From: the human T2T-CHM13v2.0 reference genome, Homo sapiens
Length of the DNA: 64,000 nt
Assembly: GCF_009914755.1 (NCBI RefSeq)
Contig: NC_060939.1
Reading direction: 5' to 3' (one strand)
The stretch's first letter is position 1, and the number at the start of each line of letters is the position of its first letter. The notes below the pieces were generated by a model. That model had not been told where the DNA came from and did no database searches. It saw only the letters and a program-made list of their open reading frames with translations. The translations under genes were made by a program, and so were the position numbers. Positions 57,290 to 64,000 of the stretch are shown here, piece by piece.

Positions 57290-59620
57290 GTTTTATCTTA
57301 AACTAGAATAGCAACTTCTGCTTCTTTTCTGTTTGCTAGGTGGATTTTTCTCCATCCCTTTACTTTGAGCCTGTGGGTATCACTGTATGTGAGATTGGTC
57401 TCTTGAAGACAGCATACAGTTGGGTCTTCTTTATTCAACTTGTCACTCTGTCCCTTTTAATTGAGGCATTTAGCCCATTTACATTCAAGGTTATTATCGA
57501 TATATGCAGATTTAATGCAGTCATTGTGTTTTTAGCTGGTTATTATGCAGACTTCTTTATGTGATTGCTTTATAATGTTGTTGGTTTAGTGGCCAGTAAA
57601 AATCTTTCCTTTCCATATTTAGCACTCTCTTCGGGACCTCTTATAAAGCAGATTTGTTGGTAGTGAATTCCCTTAACATTTGCTTATCTGAAAAGGAGCT
57701 TATTTCTCTTTCACTTATGAAGTTTAGTTTGGCTGGATATTAATTCTTGTTTGGAAATTCCTTTAAGAATGCTGAATATAGGCTGCCAGTCTCTTCTGGG
57801 TTGTAGGGCTTTTGCTGGAAGGTCTGCTGGTAAATTGGTGAGGTTTCCTTTGTAGGTGACTGCCTCTTCTCTCTAGCTGCCATTAATGTTTTTCTTTCAT
57901 GTCAACCTTGGAGAATCTGATGACTATGTGACTTGGATATGGTCTTCTTGTATAGTATTTTGCAGTTCTTCACAGTTCCTGAATTTGAATGTTGGCCTCT
58001 CTAGTGAGGGTGGGTAATTTTTCACAAACAATATTCTGAAATGTTTTCCATGCTGCTTGCTTTCTCTCCCTCTTTCAAGGATGTCAATGAGTCATAGATT
58101 TGGTCTCTTTACATAATCCCATATCTCTAGAAGGTTTTGTTCATTCTTGTTCATTGTTTTTTCTTTGTATTTGTCTGATTGGTTGATTTTGGAGAATCAG
58201 TCTTTGAGCCATGAAGAGTCCTTCCTCAGCTTGGTCTATTCTGCATTAATACTTGCAACTGTATTCTGAAATTCTTGAAGTGCGTTTTTCAGCTGTATCA
58301 GTGCTTCTTCTTTTTAAAAATGGCCATTTTGTCTTCTACCACCTGTATCATTTTATTGTATTCCTTAGAATCCTTGGATTGAATTTCAATGAATTCTTTT
58401 TAATCTGTATTCTAAATTCTGTATCTAGAATTAGGTTATTATCGATGCATATTTGACCTGCTCATCGAGTCTGACAAGTGACCCGGGAACCATTTCATCC
58501 TGATTAAGAACCATTATTGGGGAACTAGTACAGTTATTTGGAGGTAAGCAGTCTATCTTTTTGAGTTCCCAGAGTTCTTGCACTTGTTCCTTCTCATCTT
58601 CATGAGCTGATGTTTCTTCAATCTTTAAAGTTGCTTTCTTTGGATTTTTTTTTCTTTTATCTTATTTGATTTTGTCAGGGGTTTAATTGTTGTATAAGGT
58701 GGCTTCAGTTTACTGACTTTGTTTCTGAAAGAAATTAGAAGGCTATACAGCTCAGCTCAGCACTCCTGGGCAGGGTGCTCTAACTCTGGAGAGCTGGTAT
58801 CCTGCCCCAGCTTTGTTCCCTGGCCCCTTGAGGTTAGAAATCTGCTGTGCTGGTGGGCTAAAGTGTTCTTGGGCCACAGGCCACAACATTCTGATGTGTG
58901 GTGCCAGCAAAAGCACTTCATCAGACAGGGGCCATTCTGTTGGAACTCTTGATGGCCAGGCACTGTTTGCCACTGCAAGAGCTTTAATGTAGGCCCCCGG
59001 GAGGCAGCCCATTTGGGCATCCATTGCCATACTGCAAGCAACCATGGAAAGGCTGGACCCAAGGAGAGGCTGACAGACAGGGGGCACTCAGGTCAGACTG
59101 GCCCATCTCCGAGGCAAGGATACCCTGCTCTGTTCAGGTCTGACAGTTCCCCTAAAATGAAAGTCTCCTAGGGTAGCATGGCAAGCCTTCAGGTATGGGT
59201 ATTTCTGGTTGTGCTCCATCACAGACATTCCCGCACTAATCCCTCTGGCCTCTGCACAGGCTACAGTCCTGCTCCAACATATCTCCAACCAGCTCTCCCT
59301 GCTAGCTCAAGCGTCCATAGGGGTCATGGGTCCTTTGATGCCAGGATTCCAGAGGTCCCTGGTGAGAGTGGGTTGCCCCTTGCCTGCTCATCTCACCTCT
59401 TCCCCAGGAGTCACTGGGGCCAGGAAGAAGTCCTTGTGCATGGTAGCCCCATGCAGAGTTCCCATATTCCTCCCCCTCCATCCCAGTATGTGTGTTCTCC
59501 CTCCATCCACTCTCAGTGCCTTCCCTCTGATGATATGCTCAGAGTGCACAAGTCTTCCCAGTGTCCCAGTCCCTTGGTAGCAGATATTCCTTCTGGCTGC
59601 ATCTAGTCAGCCACCTTAGA
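57290..59620 (-). mobile_element. Old primate L1 (L1PA15/16- or L1PB-like) 5' UTR, ORF1 and ORF2 start
   Basis: Antisense ORF1 (cacttatgaagtttagtttggctggatat). The 5' end atctagtcagccacctt is the reverse complement of aaggtggctgactagat. Confidence 0.75.
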
Positions 59621-59869
59621 AATTATTATTTACTTTATGAAATATATATGTCTTTTTTTTTCTTATAACTTGCTTTTGGCCATTTTATTACTTCTTTGTA
59701 CCTTTAATTGAGGGACATAAACAAGTAAGAGTTGAAAATCCAGTCAATCTGACAATGTTTTGGGAAAAAAACTTAATTCAGATAGAGAATAAAATGAACA
59801 ATTAAGATTTCATAATTATTCATTTCACTTAACTTTGCTGTTGCTTTCCTCTTTTAGAAAGTCATGTAC

Positions 59870-62800
59870 AGAGGAGTTTAAGACGACAGATGGGAAGCAG
59901 CTAGTATACACTGCTCTCATGGAGATGAAACAAAGTGGTGAGTAAATACTAGTTCCTCAAGTGGATTGTCAAGGAGATCCCATGAAGATTCACCAAGGAA
60001 GCAACAGGACCAACAGAGAACAAGAGGAGCGAAGCCAGGCAGCTGCCCACCCAGAACTGATGGAGAGTGGGGGAAGCTCCCTCACGCAGGGAAAGGTGAG
60101 TGAGTGAGAGTCCTGAGGGGATCTATACTTCTGTGATAGACCTTTGCAATCCCGGACATGAGAGATATTCCTGACCCCCAGGAGCCTCCAGATTGAGATG
60201 GAGAGCCACCTAGAGTCTTTGCAGAAGAACCATTGAAGCCCACATGGGGCCCTACAGGCCTTGAATCCCTGAGTAGTCCAGTGCCATCTGCTGTAGCCCC
60301 AACAGAGGCTGCAGCCATGGTGCTAAGAAGCAGCCAGACTGCCCCACTGCTCCTCAGTAGGCAAGGCTTGCCAGCATGGGTTTCCAGCACAGTGGCCCCA
60401 CCCCAACCTGAACCTGGGTGGTCATGGCTCTGAGTTTCTCCAGGAAGCACCCAGGCTGCAGACTATGTGACCTCCTATCCCCACTGCTCCTCATCCGGCA
60501 GGGCTTGCTGACTTGGGCTCCTAATGCCTAATGCCCCAACTTTGTCTGAATACTGTGGGTGGTCACAGCTCTGCATTTCTCCAGAAAGCACCCAGACTAA
60601 AGACCGTGTGACCCCTACCCACACTGCTCCTTGCAAGGCAGGGCTTGCCAACCTGGGCTCCTAGTGCAGCAGCCCTGGATCCACCTAAACACCTGTTGTC
60701 AGTCACAGCTCTGCATTTCTCTGGGACAAAACTCCAAAAGGTAACAAACAAGGCTTGGCACCTTTGCATTGTTCTGACAGTGAAGTCTAGCACTGCTTGG
60801 GTAAAAGTGAAGTGCAAGTGTGCCATGTGCCCCACAGCTGCCAGTCTCCATTGCTCCAGCTGAGGGATCTTCCCCTCCTCAGTGAAAGGCCCACTGCATA
60901 GCCACCCTTACCCTACTTGAACATTTCATCTGCAGTCCACAGCCATTCTGAAAACCCAACTCCCACAGGTTTGTGATATTCCTTTTGGTTCCCCCCACCT
61001 AAGTGTTCTGCCTGCCCCTGGTTTCCACCATCTAAGCATTTTACCTGCTGCCACCTAAGAGTTTGGCCAGTGACCCAGGGACCAACCCGCCACTCTTCAT
61101 CATAACCAGCACTTGAACTCTGGGTTAGCCTGATTCTGGCACAGCCCTTTCAGGACTCATACCCATTGCTCTGCAAGCCATCGAGGAGCCTGGAAATTAC
61201 CTACGTACCCTACCCCTACCCTGTTCCAACTCTACAGGCACTGGACCACTTCCCCAGGGCCCAAAGTCAGGCTGACCTAACCAGTCACCACCACCAGAAC
61301 CAAAACTCACTCATGTGGGCCCAAAGGTGGAGACCCCCCGCCCACCCACCATTTACAAGCAGCAGCAGTACTGTCACACTGGCAAAGACGTGAGCCATAA
61401 AACTGTCTGTATCAGGTTCAGAGATTAAATTATGCCCTGAAACCACTCCCACAGAGAGGCACAAAACAGGCATTTACTGTGGCTCTCAACCTCACTGTAG
61501 TCCAGAGATAGACTAGAATATGAATCTAAACTAGGAGTCATGAGCCCTGGAACAATTGTGTAATAGGAAAACAGATCAAGTTCCTGCCTATGTAGGATAG
61601 GAAGCTGGTGCAACCATCTCAACTCCCTGCAGAGTCTTTAGTGCACTTCATAAGGAACTCCTCCCATTAACCCTCATCAGGGCAGGTGCCTGTGCTTGCC
61701 ATTTGGGCATTTGTGGGAAAGCAAGGGGCTCCAGCTGTGTCTCTCCAACCCCACAGAACAGGAAACTTATGGCACCAGGTACTCCAATGTCCAGTCCTTC
61801 ACTTGAAACAACAGAGAGCACCTCAATAAACAAAGATCAGGTACCTACCTACCTGCTTATGTTGCAACTGGCTCTCACCTGAGAGCACCACTGACCAACT
61901 TCTAGGTCAAACTGCACAGCTCAATATAAAACCAGCCCACGGAAGTGCATAAGGCAATAGAAGCAAAGCCAAAACACCATAAGTCAACAGAGGCAATGCC
62001 AAAAGACCCACCCACTCCTCTCCAGACAAGCAGGAACTAGCATAAGAATTCTGACACTATAGGCCGGGTGTGGTGGCTCACGCCTGTAATCCCAGCACTT
62101 TGGGAGGCTGAGGCAGGCAGATCACGAGGTCAGGAGTTCGAGACTAGCCTGACCAACATGGTGAAACCCCGTCTCTACTAAAAATACAAAAATTAGCAGG
62201 GCGTGGTGGCACGTGCCTGTAATCCCAGATACTCAGGAGGCTGAGGCAGGAGAATCACTTGAACCTGAAAGGTGGAGACTGCAGTTGAGCTGAGATTGTG
62301 CTACTGCACTCCAGCCTGGGTGACAGAGCGAGACTCCAAGACTGTCTCGAAAAAAAAAAAATTCTGACACCAAAAATACCTGAATGTTGCAACACCACCA
62401 AAAGATCACTCTAGTTCCTCCGCAATGGTTCCTGACCAAAAAAGAAACTCAGAAATGACAAGTAAGAATTTAAAGCATGGATTGCAAGGAAGCTCAATGA
62501 GATTCAAGAAAAGATTAAAAATCAACACAAAGAAACTTCTAAAGGAATCCAGGAAATGAAGGAAGTGCTAAACATCATGAAAAGAAATCAATTAGAGCAC
62601 TGGAAATAAAAAACTCACCAAAGAAATTTCAAAATACCACTGAAAGTTTTATCAATAGTCTAGACTAAGCAGAAGAAAAATTTTCAGAGCTTGAAGATCA
62701 GTATTTTGAACTAACCCAGTCAGACAAAAAGAAATAAAAAATAATTAAGAAAAATGAACAAAGTATCAAAAAAATGGTATTATGTAAAGCAACCAAACCT

Positions 62801-64000
62801 ATGAATTACTGGTATTCCTGAAAGAGAAGGAGAACAAGTTCACAACCTGGAAAACGTATTTGAAAAAATAATTCAAGAAAAATTTCCTAATTTTGCTAGA
62901 GAGGTAGACATCCAAATTTAAAAAATCAAGAGAACACCTGCCAGATACCATACAAAATGAATACCATGAAGGCATATAGTCAACAGAGTGTCTAAGGTCA
63001 ATGCTAATAAAAGTATCTTATAGCCACCTAGAGAAAATGGTCAGATTATGTATGAAGGGAATCTCATCAGGCTTACAGCAGACCTCTCAGCAGAAACCTT
63101 TCAAACCAGAATAGATTGGAGGTCTATTTTCAGCACTGTCAAAGAAAATAAATTCCCACAAAGAATTTTCATATCCCACTAAACTAAGCTTCATAAGTAA
63201 GGGAGAAATAGAAAATTTTTCAGACAAGCAATCACTAAGGTAATTTATTACCACTATACCAGCCTTATAAGAGATCATTAAGGGAGTTCTAAATGTAGAA
63301 ACAAAAAAATGACACCTACTAACACAAAATTAAACTTAAGTATATAACCCACATACCCAATAAAGCAAGTACATAATAGAAGATAGAAAACAATAAGCTA
63401 AGAACTTTACAATAGAATCAAAATCTCACATATCAATACTTACTTTGAACGTATATTGTCTTAATGCCCCACTTAAAAGGAACAGAGTGGCAAGTTGACT
63501 TGAAAGACAAGACTTATCTCTCTACTTTCCTCAAGAGACCCATCTCACATATAATGACACCTAAAGTCTCAGGGTTGGAGAAAGATCTACCATGCAAAGG
63601 GAAAACAAGAAAAGAGCAACAGTAGCTATTCTTATAAGATAAAACAGACATTTAACTGCTAACAGTAAAAAAGGACAAAGAAGGCCCCACATAATGATAA
63701 AGGGTTCAATTCAACAAGAAGCCTTAACTTTCTTAAATATATACACATCCAATATTGAAGCACCCAGATTAATAAAACAAGTACTTATGGACCTATGAAA
63801 AGACTTAGCCACACAATATTAGTAGGAAACTTCAACACCCCACTGACAGCATTAGACAGATCATCAAGGCAGAAAACTGACACAGAAGTCCTGATCTTAA
63901 ATTCAACACTTGATCAGTTGGACCTAACAAATATCTACAGAGCACTCCACCCATCAACTAGAAATGTGCATTATTCTCATCTTCACATAGAACATACTCT
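59870..64000 (+). mobile_element. Old primate L1 (L1PA15/16-like) 5' UTR, ORF1 and ORF2 start; runs off the window
   Basis: gaagcagctagtatacactgctctcatggag; ~120-140 bp UTR repeats at ~60330-60730; ORF1 ~62000-63330; EN-domain text from ~63410. Confidence 0.8.
62062..62359 (+). mobile_element. AluS (AluSg-like)
   Basis: gatcacgaggtcaggagttcgagac pattern. Flanking repeat aattctgacac at 62047-62057 and 62360-62370. Confidence 0.9.

Noticed and set aside
60330-60730. Three ~120-140 bp diverged repeats
   Set aside because: Most likely internal repeats of the old L1 5' UTR; not a CRISPR-like or novel array.

Overview
Human intronic DNA (it contains a consensus AluYa5 and an SVA), about 85-90% transposon-derived by eye. 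The only host coding sequence I can support is two small minus-strand exons that the ORF track missed: 44088-44214 (127 bp) and 10629-10766 (138 bp). They have canonical AG/GT boundaries, splice in frame across a 33.3 kb intron, and encode a peptide I recognise from memory as FAM227B (C15orf33). The rest is nested LINE-1s of many ages, three full-length MaLR elements (MST, THE1D-like, THE1B-like), an SVA, Alus, MIR and hAT/Tigger remnants. Nearly all tracked ORFs are TE-derived. I found no new gene system. The most interesting signals are mutational and insertional scars: an L1 3' transduction; two local templated insertions (152 bp and 134 bp); an apparently non-consensus hairpin shared by two neighbouring, inverted THE1 elements of different subfamilies; one L1 target site used twice; and nested twin-primed L1 inversions, one ending 46 nt from the homologous register of its host L1. 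Subfamily calls and consensus comparisons are from memory, and boundaries of old elements are approximate.
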